DNA of 32,000 bases from Promethearchaeota archaeon (GTDB lineage Archaea > Asgardarchaeota > Lokiarchaeia > Sigyniarchaeales > SOKP01). The notes beneath the pieces are model-generated. The model did no database searches. It was not told the origin of the DNA and saw only the letters and a program-made list of their open reading frames with translations. Positions 17,565 through 25,352 of the stretch are shown here, piece after piece. Position 1 is the stretch's first letter. Every line of letters begins with the position of its first letter. The translations under genes were made by a program, and so were the position numbers. Location: positions 630,001 through 662,000 of the forward strand of contig JAUWGH010000001.1 of NCBI GenBank assembly GCA_030606485.1. Reading direction: 5' to 3'.

Positions 17565-17878
17565 ATTAGTTTCGCACTATTTTATTTTTAAATTGATTGA
17601 TAGAAAAGTTCTTTCCTTATTTATCTTTAAAATTACTGATATAAAAACTAAATCTAAAAAAATATAATAATCTGCTAATAATTTTGAATTAAAACTTGGT
17701 TTTAATAAAATACTCGAAGGATTATATCAACTAGATTTTAAATATGTAATTAAAGAAAGATTTGTAAAGGTATTTTGTTTTTATATAATTGAGATTTATA
17801 TAACCAAAGTTTGAATGAGTTTAATTACCTAACTATAAAATAGATTATTAAGATATAATTTCCTTAATTTGATAAATC

Positions 17879-18520
17879 ATGGGAGAAAATAATAAAGCTG
17901 AATATTTAATAGAAGGGTTATGGATTCTAGAAAATCTGTCTGGAATATGTCTTTTTGAAGAAATTTATAGTGATTTTACTAAGGAAGGAATCTCAACCGA
18001 TTTAATTACAAGTTTTTTATCGGCATTATTAGGTTTTGTAAATGAAGCTTTCACAGATGCAATACAACACATTCAATTATCAAGCCGTAAAATTTTATTC
18101 GAATTAACAAAAAATGTATTATTTGTTGTAGCTATAAACGCTAAGGCATCTGCTACTGATGCTGAAATTAAATACGCAATTCGAAAAATTGCTAAAGTAT
18201 TTAATAAAAAATTTAAATCTTCTTTTAAAAATGGGAGTTCGGGTGGAAAGGTTAGTGTTTTTAATTCATTCTCAGATGATTTAAGAAAAATTGTGAAAAA
18301 GGAGCCTTTGACACTAAAATTTCTAACAGTTGAGCAAGCTATAAGTGAATATCAAAAAAAAATGTTAAAGACAACTCAAGGGTATTCCAAAAAAATTCAA
18401 GAGTTTCAAAAAACACAAATGAATGTGACAAAAGATTATTTAAAGGAAGCACGAGAACATATGCTTTTAAGTAAAAAAGAGAAAAGGAAAAAAAAATTAG
18501 AAGATAAAAATATTAAGTAG
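17879..18520 (+). CDS. Longin-like domain protein with C-terminal basic coiled-coil tail
   Basis: IEGLWILENLSGICLF...DLITSFLSALLGFVNEAF...IQLSSRKILF...VLFVVAI...IAKVFNKKF...VFNSFSDDL; K/E/Q-rich tail. Confidence 0.72.
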   Translation: MGENNKAEYLIEGLWILENLSGICLFEEIYSDFTKEGISTDLITSFLSALLGFVNEAFTDAIQHIQLSSRKILFELTKNVLFVVAINAKASATDAEIKYAIRKIAKVFNKKFKSSFKNGSSGGKVSVFNSFSDDLRKIVKKEPLTLKFLTVEQAISEYQKKMLKTTQGYSKKIQEFQKTQMNVTKDYLKEAREHMLLSKKEKRKKKLEDKNIK

Positions 18521-18583
18521 GTTTTTAAAAAAATATCTAATCGCTTATCATTTATAATTAGATTAATTAAAAAAAAATCTAAA

Positions 18584-19024
18584 TTATACTAAATTATCAA
18601 TGTATATTATTTTAACAACAGATAATAATTCCTCTAATACTTTGTCGATTTCTTCTTCTTTTTTCATATAAACAGGTATGTTCCTTATTTTTCCAATTGC
18701 CAGAGAATAGCAATCAGCAATAGAAATTGGAAAATTACACTTCAGATGAGAGGCTTCATCTCTCAATTCGCTTTCTGAATAAATTATAAAATCTTTTAAA
18801 AATTCTGAGGCATACTTTATCGCATTCTGAAATCCGCTTCGACGACAAAAAATATATTTAAGTTCCATATCAACTAGAGGACTTATATAAAATATCTTGA
18901 CTTGAGGATTTTCTAAAACCTTTTGAGAAAATTTTTTGCCTAAAATCGAATCCTCAAGGAATTCAACTAAAACCCCAGTATCAACTGCGATTGAAGTGAG
19001 TTGAGAATCTTTTTTCTCGTTCAT
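18584..19024 (-). CDS. vapC: PIN-domain (VapC-type) ribonuclease toxin
   Basis: IAVDTGVLV, ELKY, ISIADCYSLAIG acidic PIN motifs; 146 aa; overlaps the upstream antitoxin-like gene by 44 nt. Confidence 0.85.
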   Translation of the reverse strand: MNEKKDSQLTSIAVDTGVLVEFLEDSILGKKFSQKVLENPQVKIFYISPLVDMELKYIFCRRSGFQNAIKYASEFLKDFIIYSESELRDEASHLKCNFPISIADCYSLAIGKIRNIPVYMKKEEEIDKVLEELLSVVKIIYIDNLV

Positions 19025-19262
19025 AATCTTCTTTCCTCAATTCTTTAAGCAATACTTTACCTTCGCCAGGTTTAAGTATTCCTTGATATTTTTTAATATT
19101 TTTAAGAAATACCTCTTTATTCACTTCGGTTTTTCGATCTTCAAGCAAATAAATAATAGCTTCATCATATGTAACCCTCTGCCCCCCCATCTTTTCGAGT
19201 TGATTCATAACAATGAATAATTTTTTCTTGGTTTCTTCAGAGATTTGAATTGTAGTTGCCAT
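18981..19262 (-). CDS. vapB: VapB-type antitoxin (ribbon-helix-helix-like N-terminus)
   Basis: MATTIQISEETKKKL...VTYDEAIIYLL is a typical archaeal RHH antitoxin start; lies immediately upstream of and overlaps the PIN gene. Confidence 0.75.
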   Translation of the reverse strand: MATTIQISEETKKKLFIVMNQLEKMGGQRVTYDEAIIYLLEDRKTEVNKEVFLKNIKKYQGILKPGEGKVLLKELRKEDYEREKRFSTHFNRS

Positions 19263-19282
19263 TTTTAATTTTCTCTTATAAT

Positions 19283-19316
19283 TACTATAATGATTATAAT
19301 CACTATAGTATATAAA
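19283..19316 (-). promoter_or_regulatory. vapBC promoter: TATA box TTTATATA (minus strand, 19316-19309) with an adjacent 28-bp near-perfect inverted repeat (19283-19310), a probable autoregulatory operator
   Basis: tactataa-tgattataatca-ctatagta has a perfect 12-bp core palindrome at 19291-19302 and one mismatched pair in the arms. GAATAAAA (BRE-like) precedes the TATA box on the minus strand. Confidence 0.65.
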
Positions 19317-19348
19317 TTTTATTCTTATAATCTAGCGTATTAAAAAAA

Positions 19349-20242
19349 TTATGTAAAAAATAATGAATAAAGGGAAGGAAATTGAATAGATGGTATAAAA
19401 TAAATGAGACTTAATAAATAATACACAAAAAATACTCCAATTGTGAGAACAAAAATAACATCCTTCTTTTTAAAAGGAATTTCTATCAGATTGGTTCGAG
19501 TTTTGTATAAACCAAAGCATCTATTTTCCATTGAAATTGATGTGATATCTCCTTTTCTTAAAATTGAGACCAGAATTGTGATGAGCCTTTCTTTTATGAA
19601 ATTATACGCTTTTTTTATTGTATTGACCTTTTCTCTTCCAAATCCTCTTGCTCTTTGAGCAAGTCCGATTGTTCTTGCCTCCTGTTGTATTAAAGGAATA
19701 TATCGAAGTCCAACCATAAAAGCAAAACTATATTTATAAGAAACGCCAGTTTTCATCAATGCGTAGACAAAATCCTTCATGGAAGTTGTATGGGTAAAAA
19801 TTATTGCAGATAAGAATAGGATAAGGACCCATAATGCGTTCCTTAATGCATAATAAACGGCCAATCTTCTAATCGGTAAAAAAGTAAGATTAAATAAATA
19901 GAATAAAATTTGAGCTTCTTCACTGGGTATTGCGTTAAAGAATATATTTAAGATTATAGAAAAAAGACTTAAGATTAGAATCCATTTAAACTTATAAAAA
20001 ATAGATTTAATTGACATTTTGCTTGACAACGCTAGAAAAAAGGTTAATACAAAAACGATTGAAAGAAAAATCAAGCTCTCGATTGAGAATACAAAAATTG
20101 TAAATAATATCAAGAAAAACAATTTGCTTAAGGGATTTAATTTATGCAAAAAAGAATTGTTTGGAACGTAAGAAAATAAATCCCTTGTCTTATCTAAATT
20201 GAATTGTTTCCTTTTGATTTTTGGTTTTTTGCTTTTAGTCAT
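19349..20242 (-). CDS. ecfT: ECF transporter transmembrane (T) component
   Basis: LHKLNPLSK, GLRYIPLIQQEARTIGLAQRARG, SMENRCF (the two Arg-containing coupling motifs); multiple TMs. Confidence 0.92.
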   Translation of the reverse strand: MTKSKKPKIKRKQFNLDKTRDLFSYVPNNSFLHKLNPLSKLFFLILFTIFVFSIESLIFLSIVFVLTFFLALSSKMSIKSIFYKFKWILILSLFSIILNIFFNAIPSEEAQILFYLFNLTFLPIRRLAVYYALRNALWVLILFLSAIIFTHTTSMKDFVYALMKTGVSYKYSFAFMVGLRYIPLIQQEARTIGLAQRARGFGREKVNTIKKAYNFIKERLITILVSILRKGDITSISMENRCFGLYKTRTNLIEIPFKKKDVIFVLTIGVFFVYYLLSLIYFIPSIQFPSLYSLFFT

Positions 20243-20248
20243 ATCTTT

Positions 20249-21940
20249 TTAGATTTTACCTAATTTTTTATTTATAATATTTAGTAAAGAGATTGGCCCT
20301 AAACTTTGATATTTTTGGAAATATGAATAATTTTCTTCATATTCTATTAAATTACCGTTATCTAACTCAATTATTTTATCCACATGATTTAGTAGTAAAT
20401 GATAATCATGTGAAGCTATAATAATTGTTTTGCCTTTTTGCTGCTCCTGATAAAGTATTGTTATTAATTCATCTATTGTTTTTTGATCTTGACCTATGAA
20501 TGGCTCATCTAATAAAATAATTTCTGGAGCATAAATAAAAATCGAAGATAAATTTAATCTCCTTTTCTGCCCCCAGCTAAGGTTAAATGGATTTCGATCA
20601 TATTCAACATTTCCAACCATGCTCATTAACTGATCTAAATTGTCCTCAGCAATTTGATTTAGGAGATTAAAATTTTTTGGGGCATATAGAATTTCATCTC
20701 TTATTGTATTCTTAAATAGCATATTTTCGGGATTCTGGAAAATAAATCCTATCTTTTCAGCATATTCGTAAAAATCAATTTCTAAAAGATTTTTTCCTTT
20801 ATAATAAACTAGACCCTTAGATGGATTATATAATCCCGCTATTAGGTAAAGCAATGTTGTTTTCCCGCAACCATTATGACCAACTAATCCAATAAAATCT
20901 CCTTTAAAAATTTTTAATGAAATATTATTTAAAGCCATTCTATTGAGGTTAGGGTATTTAAATGAGATATCTTTAAATTCTAAAAGAACTTCGCCTTCCA
21001 TTCCTTCAGAATATTTTTTATGGTTCATAAAATTCTCATAGAGTTTTTTTTTTAATAATTCCAAATTCTTATTCGTTTCATTATTAATCATTTCAATCGC
21101 AGTATCAAAAAACAACGGAATTTCACGTTTTGGGGTTTCCAAGGCAGAAATAAAAAGATCTGGAATCCAAGGGATTCTTAGATTACAAAATTTTAAATCA
21201 TTGAAGTGGTTTCGAAATAGATCATTAATTGAACCTTTAAGTGCGATTTCTCCATCATAATTTAATATTAACAAATAATCAGCAATATCTAATACCTTAG
21301 ATAATCTATGTTCAACAATTATTAGGGATAAATCCAATTCTTTATTTTGATAGAGTTTTTTTAATCGATTCAATAATAAAGTGGAAGATTTCTGGTCTAA
21401 AAAGGCAAAAGGTTCATCCAAAATTAAGATTTTAGGCTTCATTACAAGGTAGGAACAGATTACAACGATTTGCTTTTCTCCTCCACTTAAATCATCAATA
21501 TCTCGATTGATTAAATGCTCAATATTCATAAATTCTACGATATCATCAACTCTTTCGATTATTTCCTCCTTCGGAAGATTTAAATTCTCTAATCCAAAAG
21601 AGATTTCATCTCTAACAGTAAATGTCACTAATTGCTCATCGGGGTTTTGTTTAACTAATCCCACCTGTTTTGATAATTGAGCTAAACTTTGTTCCCAAAC
21701 ACTTAGACCGAGAACTTTTACATCTCCCATCATAAACCCAATTTGTCTAAAAGGAATAATCCCATTTAGGGCATTACATATTGTAGATTTTCCACTTCCG
21801 CTCCCGCCAGCAAGAATTAGAGTCTTTCCCCTTTCCAATTCGAATGATATGTTTTTTACTGCAGGTCTAACACTATTATTATTTCCATATATAAACGTAA
21901 ATCCATCAAATTCTACGGCAAGATTGTTTTGTTTGTACAT
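20249..21940 (-). CDS. ecfA: ECF transporter fused double ATPase (A-A')
   Basis: Walker A GGSGSGKS and GHNGCGKT, Q-loops QNPD/QNPE, signatures LSGGEKQ and LSWGQKR, Walker B LDEPF twice, H-loops. Confidence 0.93.
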   Translation of the reverse strand: MYKQNNLAVEFDGFTFIYGNNNSVRPAVKNISFELERGKTLILAGGSGSGKSTICNALNGIIPFRQIGFMMGDVKVLGLSVWEQSLAQLSKQVGLVKQNPDEQLVTFTVRDEISFGLENLNLPKEEIIERVDDIVEFMNIEHLINRDIDDLSGGEKQIVVICSYLVMKPKILILDEPFAFLDQKSSTLLLNRLKKLYQNKELDLSLIIVEHRLSKVLDIADYLLILNYDGEIALKGSINDLFRNHFNDLKFCNLRIPWIPDLFISALETPKREIPLFFDTAIEMINNETNKNLELLKKKLYENFMNHKKYSEGMEGEVLLEFKDISFKYPNLNRMALNNISLKIFKGDFIGLVGHNGCGKTTLLYLIAGLYNPSKGLVYYKGKNLLEIDFYEYAEKIGFIFQNPENMLFKNTIRDEILYAPKNFNLLNQIAEDNLDQLMSMVGNVEYDRNPFNLSWGQKRRLNLSSIFIYAPEIILLDEPFIGQDQKTIDELITILYQEQQKGKTIIIASHDYHLLLNHVDKIIELDNGNLIEYEENYSYFQKYQSLGPISLLNIINKKLGKI

Positions 21941-21956
21941 ATCTCTTTCAAAATTG

Positions 21957-22634
21957 TTAACTTTTATCTAAATTTATAATCTCATCTGTTTTTACAGTAA
22001 AAATGGCTTGAGCTGCAATAGGTACACCTGCTTTTATTAAGTAGTCTTTAATAACTTTACCTAATAAACCAGCTATAAACACACCTGATAAAAATGCAAA
22101 AATCATTGCTAATATGAATAAAGATATATGAAGAGTAAATAATTTTCCCGAAATATACCAAAAAACGGGAACTTGAGTTATATTTCCAATTCCACCTGCA
22201 ATCCCCCAACCTAATCTTGAATCGCCTTCATTAAGGTGTTCCATAATAAAAAAACCTATAAGTAATGAAGCACCTTCTAATAAATTTATTCCTATAATAA
22301 CTATTCCATAAGAACCTGTTATAAGAAATTCTAATATTCCTTTTGTAAGCATAGAGATAAGAATACCGGGTTTATTTCTTGTTAATCCGTAAAATATAGC
22401 AACCCATATAATGTGATGAGCAGAAGTTAATTGGGTCCCGCCCGTAAGTGGATACCACACTTTTACTAACAGACTAAATGGTATTACACTTGAAATAATG
22501 CCTCCTATAGTCCCAAAAATCGTTGCATATATTAAGGTCCTAATTGAAATTCCAAATTTACTTTTTTCAATTTCTAAGTTTTCTACTCCAGTCCTTTTAA
22601 ATTCTTCTTTTGAGTCTTCAAGATTTTTTTCCAC
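21957..22634 (-). CDS. ECF transporter S component (YkoE/ABC_cobalt-like), operon-dedicated
   Basis: About 6 TMs; PLTGGTQLTSAHHIIW...GLTRNKPG...KGILEFL...G pattern; directly precedes the A-A' and T genes; GTG start with SD. Confidence 0.78.
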   Translation of the reverse strand: MEKNLEDSKEEFKRTGVENLEIEKSKFGISIRTLIYATIFGTIGGIISSVIPFSLLVKVWYPLTGGTQLTSAHHIIWVAIFYGLTRNKPGILISMLTKGILEFLITGSYGIVIIGINLLEGASLLIGFFIMEHLNEGDSRLGWGIAGGIGNITQVPVFWYISGKLFTLHISLFILAMIFAFLSGVFIAGLLGKVIKDYLIKAGVPIAAQAIFTVKTDEIINLDKS

Positions 22635-22642
22635 AGAGTAAA

Positions 22643-22648
22643 ACCTCC
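22643..22648 (-). promoter_or_regulatory. Shine-Dalgarno GGAGGT for the S-component GTG
   Basis: acctcc on the + strand = GGAGGT on the minus strand, 8 nt before GTG 22634. Confidence 0.6.
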
Positions 22649-22655
22649 ATTAATT

Positions 22656-23228
22656 TTAATATACTCTAATTGCAACCACATGTTTTGCAGTGTATATAGT
22701 ATTCCAATCTGGAAACAAACTTCTATTCACTATCCCTTCTATCGGGCCTTTATCCGGTTCTCCTCCCATGGCCATCCCGTTTCTCTCATATGCCAATAAA
22801 ACCAATTCAGGATTTTGTTCAACTAATGAAAAAAGGATATTTCTGCTAGTATATAAATCGCTTGCTTCAAACCGAAACCTTGTTGAATTCGGGTTTAAAC
22901 AATCTTCTTTGTTAAAAATATCCCAAATAACCGCCCCAGAATAATTATCACTCCAAGTATTTCCAAAATCATTAATAAAATAAAATTTTTGATTTATTAC
23001 TTGTTGATAATCGGATTTCAACTGAGTTAATGTGATATTAACTTCTCGTTTTACATTTCCGTATATTTTAATTGTAATTTCAGAGCCGTCATTAGTATAT
23101 TTTTCTACTAATTGTAAATTATAAATTGTTAGACCAATTGATGCACCTATAATTATCCCAAATAAAATAAAAATAGATATATTCCTTTTTGATAAAAAAT
23201 CTTTAATTCTATGTTTTGAATTATTCAT
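22656..23228 (-). CDS. Membrane-anchored sulfite-oxidase/Moco-binding-fold domain protein lacking the Mo-ligating Cys
   Basis: N-terminal TM; IKIYGNVKREVNITLTQLK, YSGAVIWDIF, FRFEASDLY, LLAYERNG, GPI, AKHVVAIRV follow the Oxidored_molyb pattern, but there is no Cys in FYFINDFGNTWS. Confidence 0.72.
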   Translation of the reverse strand: MNNSKHRIKDFLSKRNISIFILFGIIIGASIGLTIYNLQLVEKYTNDGSEITIKIYGNVKREVNITLTQLKSDYQQVINQKFYFINDFGNTWSDNYSGAVIWDIFNKEDCLNPNSTRFRFEASDLYTSRNILFSLVEQNPELVLLAYERNGMAMGGEPDKGPIEGIVNRSLFPDWNTIYTAKHVVAIRVY

Positions 23229-23243
23229 TTTTATAAATAAAAA

Positions 23244-24155
23244 TCAATTATTCTTAATGCGTATAAATTTCTTTTTCCAAATTATAATTAATCCAGTTAA
23301 AAAAATCAAAATCAATAAAGTAAAACCTAATCTATAGCCTGATATTAATGGAGTTGGAAACTCAGAAAAATATAAAGCATAAATCCACGATATTGCGTGA
23401 TCTTCACCTTCTCCTGTACCATATTCATTATCCAATATAGCGATTGTAAATTCATATATAGTTTTTTCTGCGAATTGAACATCATATTGCTCACCAGTTG
23501 TTAATGGTCGGGAAATTTCTATTTGATAACGATTTGTATCATTAAACCAGGTTCCATAAATCATACCTGTTTCTATTTGACTAATTTCTGAATTGTGGGG
23601 ATACCAACCATCATCTCCAAAATATGTATCATAACCGTTATATGAAGAACCGTTTTCTTTTCCTATCCGATACCCCCATTGCCAAGTATCCACATCTCCT
23701 CCTCCATACGGACCAGTCCTCATACCTTGGTAAAATGCCGCGGTATAATTTAACATATTTATGTTCCAACACATTGAAAATTGATCCCAATTACTCAGCG
23801 GAGTTGAATCCTCCCAACTAGCCAAAATAAATAAGTGAGTATCGCTATGGACAAAAGACATATTAACGTACCTTAAAAAAAAATCATCAGAGTAAAAATC
23901 AGAGGCAACGGGTATCAATATGGAATTATTTTTCCCAGGAACATGCCAAAAATCTTCATTATCCCGACCATCAAGAGTAATAATCGCATTTGGGTCATAA
24001 TAGGCATCCAAATGAATAGTATTATGATAATATTGGCAATCTCCTTCACCAGGCCACGAAGATCCCATAATTATAGAAGTAGATACAGCTTGAATTATAA
24101 GAGATATTAAAATTAATAAAAAAAAAAGGATTAGAGATTTTTTATAGAATGCCAT
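23244..24155 (-). CDS. Surface protein with DOMON-like / ethylbenzene dehydrogenase gamma (EbdC)-type heme-binding domain and Loki-CTERM-like anchor
   Basis: Signal peptide; ITLDGRDNEDFW, LFILASWED, DQFSMCW, GMR, VDTWQW, YQIEISRPLTTGEQYDVQF, IAILD...H; ISGY + TM + KKK tail. Confidence 0.72.
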   Translation of the reverse strand: MAFYKKSLILFFLLILISLIIQAVSTSIIMGSSWPGEGDCQYYHNTIHLDAYYDPNAIITLDGRDNEDFWHVPGKNNSILIPVASDFYSDDFFLRYVNMSFVHSDTHLFILASWEDSTPLSNWDQFSMCWNINMLNYTAAFYQGMRTGPYGGGDVDTWQWGYRIGKENGSSYNGYDTYFGDDGWYPHNSEISQIETGMIYGTWFNDTNRYQIEISRPLTTGEQYDVQFAEKTIYEFTIAILDNEYGTGEGEDHAISWIYALYFSEFPTPLISGYRLGFTLLILIFLTGLIIIWKKKFIRIKNN

Positions 24156-24176
24156 TATTCCATCACGATTATATTT

Positions 24177-25280
24177 CTATTTTTCTATATCTATTCTAGT
24201 TAGCCACTTGTTATATCCTTTTTTAGATTGCCCTGGAACTATTAACTTATAAGGACCACCATCAACGAGTTTTAAAGACGTAGGATTTCCAGAACCCACT
24301 TTTTGATGCTGAATCTCTGCATTCACAATCCACATTAGATTGCCCTCTGGGGCATGAATTGAATCCACTGGCATCTTAACTCCAGTATCAGGGATACAAT
24401 CTCCAACCTCATCTAAAGTACAATTGACGATATATCGTTCCACCAATCCTGACTCAATATCTGTTTTATTGTATCCTGAGCTTGGCCAAGAAAATCCGTC
24501 TACACAATTCCATGTAATGTTATAATTTACCACAATATTCATCTCCTTTATGAAATTTTTTAATGTCCTTCCCTTTATTGTGCAATCCCAGTCAAAATAT
24601 TCTGTTCCATTATCATCATACCACCAATGGTATGAATTATAATCACTTGCTCCTTCCATCATTTTAGTCGAATCTATTGTATAATCCAAAATTCCGTTCA
24701 CATAAACTGGAATTACCCATTCAGACGTAATCTCTATATGAGTTATGTTCATGATCGCCGTAGAAGCATCAAGATCGCCCCCAAATAATGAGAAGTTTCC
24801 ATAGGCAGCACCTAACGGAGAATTCTTTAACCAAACATCATTAGCCATTATTCCAATAATTAGAGGGTTTGTTGTTTGAGGATTTTTTACCATATTTCCA
24901 TCGGAATTAATCATAACTCCAACATCTGTATCCAGATTATCGGAATAATTATAAACCTTTACACTCCAAGGAGCATGAAACCCAAAATAATTAAATAATT
25001 CTACGGCATTTACACCAGTTATATTACATTCTTGTCCTGTTGTTTTAGTATCCTCAAATTTTATTTGAGTTAAATCTCCAGATTCAATCAAATCTATTAT
25101 TGTTGAAGCATTTATTGACTTCTCAGTTCCATCCCAATATTTTATTTTGAGATCTTGTAGAGGAGGGGAAGTATCAGATGTTGTCCCAATTTGCGTAATA
25201 AACCATATTCCACCGCTGACTCCAGCAATAATCACAGCGACTACTATTATACTTGTTATAATTAGATTTCTTTTCTCCAA
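24177..25280 (-). CDS. Membrane-anchored extracellular protein with two tandem degenerate sulfite-oxidase-fold domains
   Basis: N-terminal TM anchor, many N-x-S/T sequons. Domain 1 has ITGVNAVELF and IIGIMAND; domain 2 has IKGRTLKNFI, CVDGF and GGPYKLIVPGQSKKGYNKWLTRIDI (cf. G.P.RL..PG...KW...I). TTG start. Confidence 0.65.
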   Translation of the reverse strand: MEKRNLIITSIIVVAVIIAGVSGGIWFITQIGTTSDTSPPLQDLKIKYWDGTEKSINASTIIDLIESGDLTQIKFEDTKTTGQECNITGVNAVELFNYFGFHAPWSVKVYNYSDNLDTDVGVMINSDGNMVKNPQTTNPLIIGIMANDVWLKNSPLGAAYGNFSLFGGDLDASTAIMNITHIEITSEWVIPVYVNGILDYTIDSTKMMEGASDYNSYHWWYDDNGTEYFDWDCTIKGRTLKNFIKEMNIVVNYNITWNCVDGFSWPSSGYNKTDIESGLVERYIVNCTLDEVGDCIPDTGVKMPVDSIHAPEGNLMWIVNAEIQHQKVGSGNPTSLKLVDGGPYKLIVPGQSKKGYNKWLTRIDIEK

Positions 25281-25295
25281 ATTTAATCAATCTCA

Positions 25296-25319
25296 AAGCT
25301 TTTATCATTATGAAAGCTT
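25296..25319. promoter_or_regulatory. Inverted repeat AAGCTTT-N10-AAAGCTT upstream of the 25280->19349 operon (possible operator)
   Basis: Read directly in the 72-nt gap between the methyltransferase stop and TTG 25280. Confidence 0.35.
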
Positions 25320-25352
25320 ATACATAACGTAAATTTTTCATCAAATTTAAAG

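Noticed and set aside
17688-17706. Inverted repeat ATTAAAAC-ttg-GTTTTAAT in the divergent promoter region
   Set aside because: Almost entirely A/T in a very AT-rich intergenic region, single copy, no clear positional relation to a TATA box.
22656-25280. Annotation as active sulfite oxidase / MsrP catalytic subunits
   Set aside because: The Mo-ligating Cys is absent at the expected position, there is no Tat signal, and no MsrQ-like partner is present.
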